A stretch of 64,000 nt of DNA, taken from contig CALRLQ020000012.1 in the NCBI GenBank assembly GCA_943368735.1, forward strand, positions 22,440-86,439, written 5' to 3'. Made by a program: the position numbers and the translations under genes. Shown here in pieces: positions 33,010-42,453 of this stretch. The notes beneath the pieces were generated by a model. The model searched no databases and was not told the DNA's origin. It was given only the letters and a program-made list of their open reading frames with translations. This stretch comes from Rhizobium sp. Q54 (GTDB taxonomy: Bacteria > Bacteroidota > Bacteroidia > Chitinophagales > Chitinophagaceae). The number at the start of each line of letters is the position of its first letter. The stretch's first letter is position 1.

Positions 33010-34380
33010 ATGGATTTACTAGCAACATACAAACAAAACTGGAAAAAGCATTTCCGTCATTTAACACCCAATAACTGTCATTTAGTATTGGCTGTAAGTG
33101 GAGGTGTGGATAGTGTTGTATTGACTGATTTAGTGTTTAAAGCTGGATTCAATTTCACCATTGTACATTGTAATTTTCAATTAAGAGGAATAGCAAGTAA
33201 TGGTGATGAACAGTTTGTAAGAAGTCTTGGTGAAAAGTACGGTAAAGAAGTTTTAGTAAAACATTTTGATACACAAGCCTACGCAGATAATAATAAAGTT
33301 TCTATTCAGGTTGCAGCAAGAGAGTTAAGGTATTGTTGGTTTGAGGAAATCGTGAATCGTGAGCAGTTAGTAGTGAGTAATCAGTCTACTCACCATTCAC
33401 CATTCACCACTCACTTGTTAACTGCTCATCATGCCGATGATAATATTGAAACAGTTTTAATGAACATCTTTAGAGGTACTGGAATTAGTGGTTTACATGG
33501 GATTTTGCCTACACAAGGGAAACTAATTCGTTCATTGTTATTTGCCAATAAAGCATCGATAATTGAGTATGCACAGCAACATAATTTGAGTTGGGTAGAA
33601 GATGCATCCAATGCAACAGATAAATATTCAAGAAATTTTTTCAGGCATCATGTAATTCCATTAGTGAAAGAAGTGTACCAAAATGCTGATGAAAATTTAT
33701 TAGGGAATATTGAACGTTGGAAAGAAGTAGAACAAGTGTATAATCAAAGTATTCACTTAACAAAATCAAAGTTATTAGAGCATAAAGGAAATGAAGTACA
33801 TATACCTGTGTTAATGTTACAAAAGCAACAGCCACTTAACACTATTACTTATGAAATAGTAAAAGATTATGGCTTTACTGCTGCTCAAGTAATTGATATC
33901 ATGCAATTGTTAAAAGCAGATAATGGAAAGTTTGTGGCTTCACTAACCCATAGAATAATTAGAAATAGAAATTGGCTCATCATTGCACCACTTGCATCAT
34001 TCGAAGCAATGCATATTTTAATTGAAGCAAAAGAGCAGTCTATAAATTTTGAAAATGGAAGTATTGAAATTTCAGTAATAGAAAACCTTTCTTCTGTTTC
34101 AGAAAATGCAAGTTTGGTTCAATTTGATGCTGCTAAAGTTCAGTTTCCATTACTACTCAGAAAATGGAAAAGTGGTGACTATTTTTATCCTCTCGGTATG
34201 CAGAAAAAGAAGAAAATTAGTCGGTTTTTGATTGATAAAAAATTATCTGCCACCGAGAAAGAAAAGATTTGGGTTATAGAAAGTAATCAAAGAATTATTT
34301 GGGTGGTGGGACAAAGAATTGATAATCGATTCAAAATTATGCCTTCAACAAAACAAGTGTTACAATTAAAACTAATTTAA
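33010..34380 (+). CDS. tilS: tRNA(Ile)-lysidine synthase
   Basis: AVSGGVDS (PP-loop), ARELRY and TAHHADDNIET. It contains an in-frame 63-nt heptamer-word tract (see findings). Confidence 0.9.
   Translation: MDLLATYKQNWKKHFRHLTPNNCHLVLAVSGGVDSVVLTDLVFKAGFNFTIVHCNFQLRGIASNGDEQFVRSLGEKYGKEVLVKHFDTQAYADNNKVSIQVAARELRYCWFEEIVNREQLVVSNQSTHHSPFTTHLLTAHHADDNIETVLMNIFRGTGISGLHGILPTQGKLIRSLLFANKASIIEYAQQHNLSWVEDASNATDKYSRNFFRHHVIPLVKEVYQNADENLLGNIERWKEVEQVYNQSIHLTKSKLLEHKGNEVHIPVLMLQKQQPLNTITYEIVKDYGFTAAQVIDIMQLLKADNGKFVASLTHRIIRNRNWLIIAPLASFEAMHILIEAKEQSINFENGSIEISVIENLSSVSENASLVQFDAAKVQFPLLLRKWKSGDYFYPLGMQKKKKISRFLIDKKLSATEKEKIWVIESNQRIIWVVGQRIDNRFKIMPSTKQVLQLKLI
33352..33414. repeat. Period-7 word tract in frame inside tilS
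   Basis: gtgaatc gtgagca gttagta gtgagta atcagtc tactcac cattcac cattcac cactcac, which is 9 x 7 = 63 nt = codons 115-135. The architecture is an imperfect palindrome (GTGA-words then TCAC-words, with gtgagta/tactcac pairing around the centre). Confidence 0.7.
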
Positions 34381-34409
34381 AACAGAGTTTCTACTTTCTT
34401 ATTTAAAAT

Positions 34410-34440
34410 AAAATGCACAGTGTATAACGCTGTGCATTTT
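34410..34440. terminator. Bidirectional terminator between convergent tilS and the radical-SAM gene
   Basis: aaaatgcacag / ctgtgcatttt, with A- and T-runs built into the stem ends. Confidence 0.75.
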
Positions 34441-34463
34441 TATTTCAATTCAGTAATGTAATA

Positions 34464-35639
34464 TTAGTTTAAAGAAGCATCTACTATACTTTCGATTGGT
34501 GTTTTGCTATAATCATTCACCACATTGTATAAGGTATCTCTTTCAATAGGTTCTCTTTTGGCCTGTTTAATTAAGTTTACCAATTCAGCGGTAGTCATTG
34601 ATGGATTTTGTTCTTCACTTCCTGCCATAGAATAAATTTTGGTGGTATCATCAATTGTTCCATCAATATCATTTACTCCAAAGCTTAATGTAAGTTGAGC
34701 ATTTTGACGCCCCAACATTGGCCAATAAGCTTTTATGTGTGGAAAATTGTCCATGTACAATCTAACAATGGCATACACCCTCATATCTTCAATTACAGAT
34801 GATTCAGGCACATGGCTCATTTCATTATCGTGGTTTCTAAATTTTAGCGGAATGAAGGTATTAAAACCTCCAGTTTCATCTTGCAACTGTCTCAATCTTT
34901 CCATGTGATCTACTCTATGCCAAAATTTTTCCACATGTCCATATAACATGGTGGCATTGCTATGCATACCAATTTTATGTGCAGCTTTATGAATGGCTAA
35001 CCAACCATCGGCATCTACTTTATCATCACAAATTTGTTGACGAACTTCTGGATGAAAAATTTCAGCACCACCGCCTGGTAAAGATTGTAAACCTGCATCT
35101 TTTAAAAATTGCATGCCTTCTTCAACCGATAATTTGGCTTTTCTAAACATGTAATCCAACTCAACAGGCGTAAAACCTTTAATGTGTAAATCAGGACGAT
35201 GATTTTTTATTTTTTGCAAGGTTTCAGCAAAGAATTTTAAGTCCATTTTTGGATGCACACCGCCAACAATATGTACTTCTGTAACGGGCTGACCATCGTA
35301 TTTTTTAACAATATTCAACATGTCTTCTGAACTCAGTTCCCAACCTTCTTCCTTATGAGCGTACAATTTTGAATAAGAACAAAATTTACAACTAAACACA
35401 CAAACATTGGTAGGTTCTATATGAAAGTTTCTATTGAAATAAGTTCTATTGCCATGCTTTTGCTCACGAACCCAATTGGCCAAAGCTCCAACAAATGGTA
35501 AAGAAGCTTCTTCGAACAACAAAACACCTTCTTCAAAATTGATTCTTTGTTGATTAATGATTTTATGGCCAATAGCCTGTAATGCTGTATTTTTTTCGTT
35601 ATTAATGATTTGTTCAATTCCCGATATAGTAGCTGTCAT
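34464..35639 (-). CDS. Radical SAM enzyme of the CofH/MqnC/MqnE family (futalosine-route menaquinone biosynthesis type)
   Basis: PTNVCVFSCKFCSY is a CxxxCxxC cluster and the length is 391 aa. I cannot tell MqnE from MqnC by eye. Confidence 0.78.
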   Translation of the reverse strand: MTATISGIEQIINNEKNTALQAIGHKIINQQRINFEEGVLLFEEASLPFVGALANWVREQKHGNRTYFNRNFHIEPTNVCVFSCKFCSYSKLYAHKEEGWELSSEDMLNIVKKYDGQPVTEVHIVGGVHPKMDLKFFAETLQKIKNHRPDLHIKGFTPVELDYMFRKAKLSVEEGMQFLKDAGLQSLPGGGAEIFHPEVRQQICDDKVDADGWLAIHKAAHKIGMHSNATMLYGHVEKFWHRVDHMERLRQLQDETGGFNTFIPLKFRNHDNEMSHVPESSVIEDMRVYAIVRLYMDNFPHIKAYWPMLGRQNAQLTLSFGVNDIDGTIDDTTKIYSMAGSEEQNPSMTTAELVNLIKQAKREPIERDTLYNVVNDYSKTPIESIVDASLN

Positions 35640-35734
35640 TCCTTTAAATTTAATTAATGTACAAAACTAAGTGTTGTACTATAACAATAAATAAACAAAC
35701 AAGTTTTATTTGGGTGATAATTATCATTTATCGT

Positions 35735-35764
35735 AAAAAAAAGTCCTGCAAAATTTGCAGGACT
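35735..35764 (-). terminator. Terminator downstream of the GCS2 gene
   Basis: agtcctgca / tgcaggact 9-bp stem. An A-run on the + strand gives a T-run on the - strand. Confidence 0.75.
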
Positions 35765-35785
35765 TCCAAAGCGATTGTTTTTAAT

Positions 35786-36895
35786 TTAGACTACCAAAAA
35801 TTGATCATGAATATAATCGGCTACACTAACTAAATTGTTTGTTTTTTCGTACACAGCCAATTGTCTATCGGCTCCTGTACCTTGTTCCATCATTTTGCTG
35901 ATGTAATTTATAAATGGTCTGCTACCTAAATCGTCTACTACATCGTCAACAAAGTCTAACAATTCATAAATTAATAAACGGGTATTTACTTCAGTTTCTT
36001 TACCAAAATCTATCATACTACCATCAATTCCATACCTTCCAGCTCTCCATTTATTTTCAGTTATCAAAGCACGTTGATACATGATAAAGTTTAGATTCTG
36101 GTGACGAAGTTTATAAAGTTTAGCACAAATAGCTTGAAATAATGCAGCAATAGCAATGGTTTCATTAATGGTCATGGGTACATCACAAATTCTAAACTCA
36201 ACTGTGTTAAAGAAAGGATGTACACGTAAATCCCACCAAATTTTCTTTGCATTGTCAATACAATTGGTTTTAATGAGAATGTTTACATAGCGTTCGTAGG
36301 CCTCATAGCTTTCAAAATAATCTGGAATGCCTGTACGTGGGAATTTGTCAAATACTTTTGTTCTAAAAGATTTATAGCCTGTTTTTCTACCTTCCCAAAA
36401 AGGAGAATTGGTACTTAATGCATACACATGTGGCAAAAAATATCTTGCACTATTGGCAATATGCATAGCCATATCATTGTTTTCCATGCCTACATGAACA
36501 TGTAAACCAAAAATTAAATTGCTTCGAGCAGCTTCTTGTAATTCGTTTACTATTTGATTGTAACGTACGTGATCGGTGATTAATTGACTTTCCCAATGGC
36601 TGAATGGATGTGTGCCACTTGCACCAACCCAGAGACCTAAATCTCCTGCAATTTTAGAAATAGTGCCTCTAAGCGTTGCAACATCTTTGAAAGCTTCTTC
36701 AACATTGGCACAAATATCTGTACCAACTTCTACTACAGCCTGATGCATCTCAGCCTTTACTTTGTCTTTAATTAATTTTTGCCCTTCGTGTACAATTTTT
36801 TGTTCATGGCTTTTCAATTCTCTTGTTTGAGGATCAATGACCATGTATTCTTCTTCAACACCTAATGTGAAATGACGGTAGCTAAGGTTTGCCAT
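35786..36895 (-). CDS. Carboxylate-amine ligase, YbdK/GCS2 (glutamate-cysteine ligase family 2)
   Basis: FTLGVEEEYMVID, GLHVHVG and the WWDLRVHP..VEFRICD blocks. Confidence 0.85.
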   Translation of the reverse strand: MANLSYRHFTLGVEEEYMVIDPQTRELKSHEQKIVHEGQKLIKDKVKAEMHQAVVEVGTDICANVEEAFKDVATLRGTISKIAGDLGLWVGASGTHPFSHWESQLITDHVRYNQIVNELQEAARSNLIFGLHVHVGMENNDMAMHIANSARYFLPHVYALSTNSPFWEGRKTGYKSFRTKVFDKFPRTGIPDYFESYEAYERYVNILIKTNCIDNAKKIWWDLRVHPFFNTVEFRICDVPMTINETIAIAALFQAICAKLYKLRHQNLNFIMYQRALITENKWRAGRYGIDGSMIDFGKETEVNTRLLIYELLDFVDDVVDDLGSRPFINYISKMMEQGTGADRQLAVYEKTNNLVSVADYIHDQFLVV

Positions 36896-36904
36896 ATTTT
36901 GGGT

Positions 36905-37519
36905 TTAGAGATTTTCAAAAATTTCATTCATATCAATAGATAATCCTTGGATAGAAGTGGAGTAAAGTATATCGCCTGGTGCATACATTTTACCACCACC
37001 AAAAGCATTTTCATGCAGGGTATAAGCAATTACAGTTTGTTCAACAGGGTGTATAAGCCAATATTCTTTCACACCTGCTTCTTCATAAATGTCAAATTTT
37101 AAACGAACTTCTTTTTGAGAATTGCCGGGAGATAAAATTTCTACTACTAAATCAGGTGCACCACAGCAACCTCTATCATCAAGTTTAGTTTCATCGCAAA
37201 TAACACAAATATCTGGTTGAACAACAGTAGTTACTTCATTGTCTTTTTTTCTGTTTTGAACAGGTAAACGAACATCAAAAGGTGCACTATAAACTTGGCA
37301 TTTTTTACCTTTTAAAAACTGATGAATAGTAAAATACAAGTTGCCACTTACATGTTGATGAATTCTATTAGGAGCTGATAGTTTAAGAATTCTTCCTTTA
37401 AATAATTCTATTCGTTCTTCTATTTTCCATTGTAAATAATCGGCATAAGTATAGCCATAATTAGCAGAAGGTTCTTCTACTAAAATGTCTTCATTATTAT
37501 GTTCTTCAATACGATACAT
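36905..37519 (-). CDS. Uma2 (DUF820) family putative endonuclease
   Basis: PDLVVEILSPGNSQKEVRLKFDIYEEAGVKEYWLI is the family-defining D...E-x-S/K core. Confidence 0.8.
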   Translation of the reverse strand: MYRIEEHNNEDILVEEPSANYGYTYADYLQWKIEERIELFKGRILKLSAPNRIHQHVSGNLYFTIHQFLKGKKCQVYSAPFDVRLPVQNRKKDNEVTTVVQPDICVICDETKLDDRGCCGAPDLVVEILSPGNSQKEVRLKFDIYEEAGVKEYWLIHPVEQTVIAYTLHENAFGGGKMYAPGDILYSTSIQGLSIDMNEIFENL

Positions 37520-37533
37520 CGATGAAACTTGCA

Positions 37534-37610
37534 GAAGTTTTAGTTTAAAAGTTTATCAGTTTAGAAGTTTAGGGAGATTAGTTAAACTACTAAACTCCCT
37601 AAACTCATTT
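37534..37610. repeat. Period-7 word tract with embedded perfect 11-bp hairpin
   Basis: gaagttt tagttta aaagttt atcagtt tagaagt ttaggga gattagt taaacta ctaaact ccctaaa ctcattt. agtttagggag (37566-37576) pairs with ctccctaaact (37595-37605). It lies between the ATP-grasp stop and the Uma2 start. Confidence 0.7.
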
Positions 37611-37612
37611 GC

Positions 37613-38569
37613 TTATTTATACAATGCTTTTTTTGCAGCACTGTGTTGTACATATTTACCCCAAGTTAAATTGTCTTTACCCGGTTCAAAACTTTGTGCT
37701 TTTTCAATGGCATAATTAGCAGCAGTTTCTACAACCCATGCAAAGTTTTCCTCTCCAACACTGGTACGTTCTGCATCAGGAGCAGGATTACAAAAGTCAA
37801 TTGCATAAGGCACTCCATCACGTAAAGCCAATTCAACCGTATTAAAATCGTAGCCTAAATAATGATTGATACGTAGTACAATGTCTTCCATTTCTTTCAA
37901 CTTTTCAGGCGTTGGAGCAAAATCGGCTACATAACGTAAATGATGTGGGTTACGTGGTTCATAAGGCATAATTCTTACATGCTTTCCACCAATGCAATAG
38001 CAACGATAATATTCTTCAAAAACAATTTCTTCTTGAAGTAACATTACCAATTGTTTGGTTTCAGCATGCTTGTCAAAAAAATCATCAATACTTTCTAATT
38101 TATAAACATTCTTCCAGCCGCCACCAGCAAAGGGTTTCATGTATGCAGGAAATCCTGTGTAGTTAAAAATGCCTTCCCAATCTAGTGGATAAGCTAAGTT
38201 GCTGAAAGATTCATCAGAGGTATCATCCGGCAAATCTCTTGAAGGTAAAATCACTGTTTTAGGAACAGGAACACCAATTTTAGTTGCTAAACAATTATTG
38301 AAAAATTTCTCATCGGCACTCCACCAAAATGGATTATTAATCACTGCTGTACCACAAAGAGCTGCATTTTTTAAGTAGGCTCTGTAAAAAGGAACATCTT
38401 GACTTATTCTATCAATAATTACAGCATATTCTGTTGCTTCACCTTGCATTACTTTATCAATGCGTACTGGTTCTGCAATAATTCCAGGAATATTTTTGCT
38501 GTTTACTCTTTCAACAAAAGCTTCGGGAAAACTTCTTTCTTTTCCATGTAAAACGCCAATTTTTTTCAT
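37613..38569 (-). CDS. ATP-grasp domain protein (glutathione-synthetase/RimK-like fold)
   Basis: About 318 aa with a conserved ATP-grasp layout (..YMKPFAGGGWKNVYKL.., ..YRCYCIGG.., ..AIDFCNPAPD). Start set at MKKIGVLHG (ATG 38569); the track start is an upstream TTG. Confidence 0.72.
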   Translation of the reverse strand: MKKIGVLHGKERSFPEAFVERVNSKNIPGIIAEPVRIDKVMQGEATEYAVIIDRISQDVPFYRAYLKNAALCGTAVINNPFWWSADEKFFNNCLATKIGVPVPKTVILPSRDLPDDTSDESFSNLAYPLDWEGIFNYTGFPAYMKPFAGGGWKNVYKLESIDDFFDKHAETKQLVMLLQEEIVFEEYYRCYCIGGKHVRIMPYEPRNPHHLRYVADFAPTPEKLKEMEDIVLRINHYLGYDFNTVELALRDGVPYAIDFCNPAPDAERTSVGEENFAWVVETAANYAIEKAQSFEPGKDNLTWGKYVQHSAAKKALYK

Positions 38570-38717
38570 AATAATTTGTTTAGATGAATACAATGAATAC
38601 GTGTAAGAAAATCTTTATTATACTGGAGTTCAATATATAGAAAGTTGATTAAAAAAAAACTTTTTTTGTGCAAAACCTAAAATTATTTTTTTATTGCTTT
38701 CCCTTATTTTTGGAAAT

Positions 38718-39539
38718 ATGCTTCAAGAAAAGACTACTGCCCTTCAACATGTGTTGGTAGAGAACCACACTTTATTTTCTCAATATTTAGAACGAGATGT
38801 TTTATTCGATGCGTATGTTCCTCAAAAAGTACAGCATCCCGAACATATGAGTTTATTGTTCATTAACGATGGACAAGATTTAGTAAAAATGCCTTTTGAT
38901 GAAATACTGAACAATTTGTATGAAGAAAAACTGTTGCAACCCGTTTTTTGTATTGGCTTACATTGTGGAGCAGAAAGAAAAAGAGAATATGGCGTAGCAT
39001 ATAGTGCCGATTATAAAGGCTATGGCAATAAAGCTGGTTTGTATACAAAATTTATTTTCGATGAATTATTGCCTTTCATTCGTAAAACATATCATGTTCC
39101 TTCTTTTAAAGAAAAATCATTTGCAGGGTTTTCATTGGGTGCTTTAAGTGCATTAGATATTGTTTGGAATCATGCAAGTGAGTTTAGTAAAGTAGGCGTT
39201 TTTAGTGGAAGTTTATGGTGGAGAAGAAAAGGTTATGACGATGGTTATGATGATGAAATGGATAGATTAATGCATTTGCAAGTAAGAAATGGAACCATGT
39301 ATCCTTGGTTGAAATTTTATTTACAATGTGGAACATTAGATGAAACTGCTGATAGAAATAATAACGGAATTATTGATAGCATTGATGATGCGTTGGATTT
39401 AATAGTTGAACTGAAAGCAAAAGGATATACCGATGAACATATTGAATATGTATTATTAGAAGATGGTAAACACGATGTGCCTACTTGGCAAAAAGCTTTA
39501 CCCAACTTTTTACAATGGGGTTGGGGTATTAAACATTGA
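38718..39539 (+). CDS. Esterase family alpha/beta hydrolase (PF00756-like, enterochelin-esterase-type)
   Basis: FAGFSLGALSAL (GxSxG) and a C-terminal ..DGKHD. Start set at ATG 38718 (the track start is a TTG). Confidence 0.75.
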   Translation: MLQEKTTALQHVLVENHTLFSQYLERDVLFDAYVPQKVQHPEHMSLLFINDGQDLVKMPFDEILNNLYEEKLLQPVFCIGLHCGAERKREYGVAYSADYKGYGNKAGLYTKFIFDELLPFIRKTYHVPSFKEKSFAGFSLGALSALDIVWNHASEFSKVGVFSGSLWWRRKGYDDGYDDEMDRLMHLQVRNGTMYPWLKFYLQCGTLDETADRNNNGIIDSIDDALDLIVELKAKGYTDEHIEYVLLEDGKHDVPTWQKALPNFLQWGWGIKH

Positions 39540-39550
39540 AATGTATATAC

Positions 39551-40942
39551 TTATAATAGTAAACCTTGTAAAAACAAGTAAGCAAAACTGAAATAAATAA
39601 TTAGTCCAGTAACATCTACTAAAGTTGCTACAAAAGGTGCTGATGATACGGCAGGATCGGCACCTAATCTTTTTAAAATCAATGGTAACATACTACCACA
39701 TAATGTGCCCCAAAGTACAACACCTAATAAACTCAATCCAATAACTATTGCAATCAAATAATAATGTGGTCCATAAATTTGTGGCATAAGTTGATGCCAA
39801 GCAATTACTCTTATAAAACCAAAAATTCCTAATACCGAACCCAATAATAATCCACTAATAATTTCTCTACGCATTACTCTCCACCAATCTGTAATAGTTA
39901 TTTCTCCCACTGCCATAGCTTGAATAATTAAAGTAGAAGCTTGAGAACCACTATTACCACCACTACTAATAATTAATGGAATAAAAGAAGCTAAAAAAAC
40001 TGCTTTAGCAATTTCTTCTTCATAATAACCCATTACCGATGCAGTAAGTAATTCTCCAAGAAATAAAACAATTAACCAAGTAACTCTTTTTCTGAACAAT
40101 TTCAAAATAGGCATGTCTAAGTAGGGTTCATCTAACGCTTCTGTACCACCCATTTTTTGCATGTCTTCGCTAAATTCTTCATTGGCTACCCATAACATAT
40201 CATCAATTGTAACAATGCCCAATAATTTATTATTATCATCGGTTACAGGCAATGCCACTCTGTTGTTCATTTTAAAAATTTGACTAGCATGTTCTTGATC
40301 ATCGTTTACATTTAATGCAACCACACGTCCGTCAATTAATTCTTCTACTTTTCTTCTAGGCGATGCAAGAATTACATCTCTAATTCTCATATCATCAATC
40401 AATTCTCCTTGCTCATCAATTACATAAATCACATCAATGGTTTCACTATTCTTAGCATACTTTCTAATGGTATCAAACACTTCAGCTACTGTATTATGTG
40501 CAAAAACATACACATAATCAGGTGTCATTAAACGACCAACACTATCTTCTGGATAGCCTAATAATGATAAGGTGATTTTTCTTTCTTCGGGATCTAACAG
40601 TTTAATTAAATCTCTAATTGCCGTTTTAGGTAATTCTTCTAAAAAATCTGTTCTATCATCGGCTGGAAGTTCATTTAATAATTCAGCAGTTTTATTACTT
40701 GGTAATTCTTTAATAATTTGTTTTTGTGTAGAAAAATCTAAAATCTTAAACACCTTTGCAGCTCTATTAATAGCCATATTGGCAATAATGGTAGCTTCAT
40801 CATCGGGGTAAGCATAAATTAATTCAGCAACATCGCTTATGTTTTGTTCATTCAAAAAATCACGTATGGCAATTTTATCTTCTGTTGCTATAAGTTCTTT
40901 AAACTGTTCTTGAATATCTTCTTGTTCTAATTCCATGCTCAT
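39551..40942 (-). CDS. mgtE: Magnesium transporter MgtE
   Basis: N-domain, tandem CBS domains and a C-terminal 5-TM domain with the GNSGSQ and PFVATLVDVTG motifs. Confidence 0.93.
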   Translation of the reverse strand: MSMELEQEDIQEQFKELIATEDKIAIRDFLNEQNISDVAELIYAYPDDEATIIANMAINRAAKVFKILDFSTQKQIIKELPSNKTAELLNELPADDRTDFLEELPKTAIRDLIKLLDPEERKITLSLLGYPEDSVGRLMTPDYVYVFAHNTVAEVFDTIRKYAKNSETIDVIYVIDEQGELIDDMRIRDVILASPRRKVEELIDGRVVALNVNDDQEHASQIFKMNNRVALPVTDDNNKLLGIVTIDDMLWVANEEFSEDMQKMGGTEALDEPYLDMPILKLFRKRVTWLIVLFLGELLTASVMGYYEEEIAKAVFLASFIPLIISSGGNSGSQASTLIIQAMAVGEITITDWWRVMRREIISGLLLGSVLGIFGFIRVIAWHQLMPQIYGPHYYLIAIVIGLSLLGVVLWGTLCGSMLPLILKRLGADPAVSSAPFVATLVDVTGLIIYFSFAYLFLQGLLL

Positions 40943-41046
40943 GTTTGCAAGATAAATATTCTATTTATAAATTCTGTTTTCAACTAAAGCAATTTAATGT
41001 ACAGTCAATTTAGTTTAACTGTATTTTCGTTGCAATTCTACATTTT

Positions 41047-41433
41047 ATGATTCTTCCCATTTTATTTATTGGTGATACAGGTAAAAAAGGAAAAGGGGTT
41101 TTTACTGCCGAAGCCATTCCTGCAAATACAACCATTGAAATTTCTCCTGTTTTAGTTTTAAGTGCTGCTGATAGAAGTATTGTTGAAGCAACACTATTGA
41201 ATAATTATATATTTGAGTGGGGTAATAATCGAAAAAAAGCTGCATTGGGTTTAGGATATGTTTCTATGTACAATCACCATTATTTTTCGAGTTGTGAATA
41301 TGAAATGGACTACGATTTAAATACTATAAGCATAAAAACAGTAAGAGATATTGCCGCTGGTGAAGAATTAACCATCAACTACAACGCTGTTCACAACGAT
41401 GCAACGCCTGTTTGGTTTAAAACGCATGATTAA
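41047..41433 (+). CDS. SET domain protein (putative lysine methyltransferase)
   Basis: 128 aa with MYNHHYFSSCEY (NH..C region) and GEELTINY. Confidence 0.75.
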   Translation: MILPILFIGDTGKKGKGVFTAEAIPANTTIEISPVLVLSAADRSIVEATLLNNYIFEWGNNRKKAALGLGYVSMYNHHYFSSCEYEMDYDLNTISIKTVRDIAAGEELTINYNAVHNDATPVWFKTHD

Positions 41434-41461
41434 ATATTGCTTCAATCTTTTTCAATAAAAA

Positions 41462-41491
41462 AACTCCAGTACCCTTCAACAGACTGGAGTT
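41462..41491. terminator. Hairpin in the SET / HAD convergent gap
   Basis: aactccagt / actggagtt stem. The U-tail is only on the minus-strand reading (A-run at 41455-41463). Confidence 0.5.
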
Positions 41492-41743
41492 ATAAATTTC
41501 AAACAGTATTCGTATTTGAAATGAAAAAAGTACGGATTAAAGTAAGTATTTAAATAATTTCATACTCACTGCATATAAGTAGTAAATTTAAATTAAAAGG
41601 TTGCATAGGGTTTTAAAAATAAAATTTTGGGCAAAAAAAAAGGGCAATGGATAGAAATCCAACCCTGTTTTAATCCAATATTCTATGAAAAACCATACAT
41701 AAGACGATGGTAGAAATGATAAGGTTGCACAGGGTTAAAAAAA

Positions 41744-42406
41744 TTATCTACTCAATAAACCAAAGTGTAATTCTCCAAAATTTTGTAGTGATGAAAGTTT
41801 TAAATCGGCTGCACCCCAACGTTCATCTTTTGTTTGTGAATGATGAGGAACAATTACACAAGTCATTCTAGCTGCTTTTGCTGCAATCATTCCATTGAAA
41901 GAATCTTCAAAACAAATGCACTCATGTGGGTGTACTCCTAACTTTTTTGCACAATCTAAATATACCTGAGGGTGAGGTTTGCCATAAGGTAAATGTTCAG
42001 CGGAAGCAGTTGCGTTTAAAAAGTTTTTGATACCCGTAATTTCAACTACTACATCAATGAGTTCTTGGGGCGATGAAGTTGCTAACCCAATTTTAAAATG
42101 TTTTTGATGAAAGAAATTGAAAATATGATGCACACCCGCCATTATTTTGCCTCTTGTTTTTACTTTTTCTAATACAAGACCAATAATTTTTTTTTCGGCT
42201 TTAGCCAACTCTTCATCGCCAATATTAAATTGTCTAAACCACCATTGAACAAATTCTCTTGTTCTTAAACCTGTAGTGGTTTTGTATTGTTCATCGGTTA
42301 AACTAACCCCATATTGTTTAAAAATTTCTTCGGCAGCTTCGTGCCATAAAGGTTCACTATCAATCAGTAAACCATCCATATCAAAAATTACAGTATTTAA
42401 ATGCAT
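41744..42406 (-). CDS. HAD-IA hydrolase (sugar-phosphatase YniC/HxpB-like)
   Basis: VIFDMDGLLIDSEPLW (DxD motif), TSS.. and the FEDSFNG motifs. Confidence 0.85.
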   Translation of the reverse strand: MHLNTVIFDMDGLLIDSEPLWHEAAEEIFKQYGVSLTDEQYKTTTGLRTREFVQWWFRQFNIGDEELAKAEKKIIGLVLEKVKTRGKIMAGVHHIFNFFHQKHFKIGLATSSPQELIDVVVEITGIKNFLNATASAEHLPYGKPHPQVYLDCAKKLGVHPHECICFEDSFNGMIAAKAARMTCVIVPHHSQTKDERWGAADLKLSSLQNFGELHFGLLSR

Positions 42407-42453
42407 TGTTTTATAGATTGCTGCAAATGTATAGCTTGAATGTATAGAATAAA

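Noticed and set aside
32670-33032. 120-aa minus-strand ORF spanning the glnS-tilS spacer.
   Set aside because: It overlaps the 3' end of glnS and the start of tilS and reads through the terminator hairpin and the GC-rich repeat copy. It is a by-product of non-coding sequence.
36905-37519. The Uma2 gene as evidence of a mobile element or restriction-modification system.
   Set aside because: I see no transposase, integrase, methyltransferase or terminal inverted repeats around it. Uma2 genes are common stand-alone genes, so only the insertion-like context is reported as a finding.
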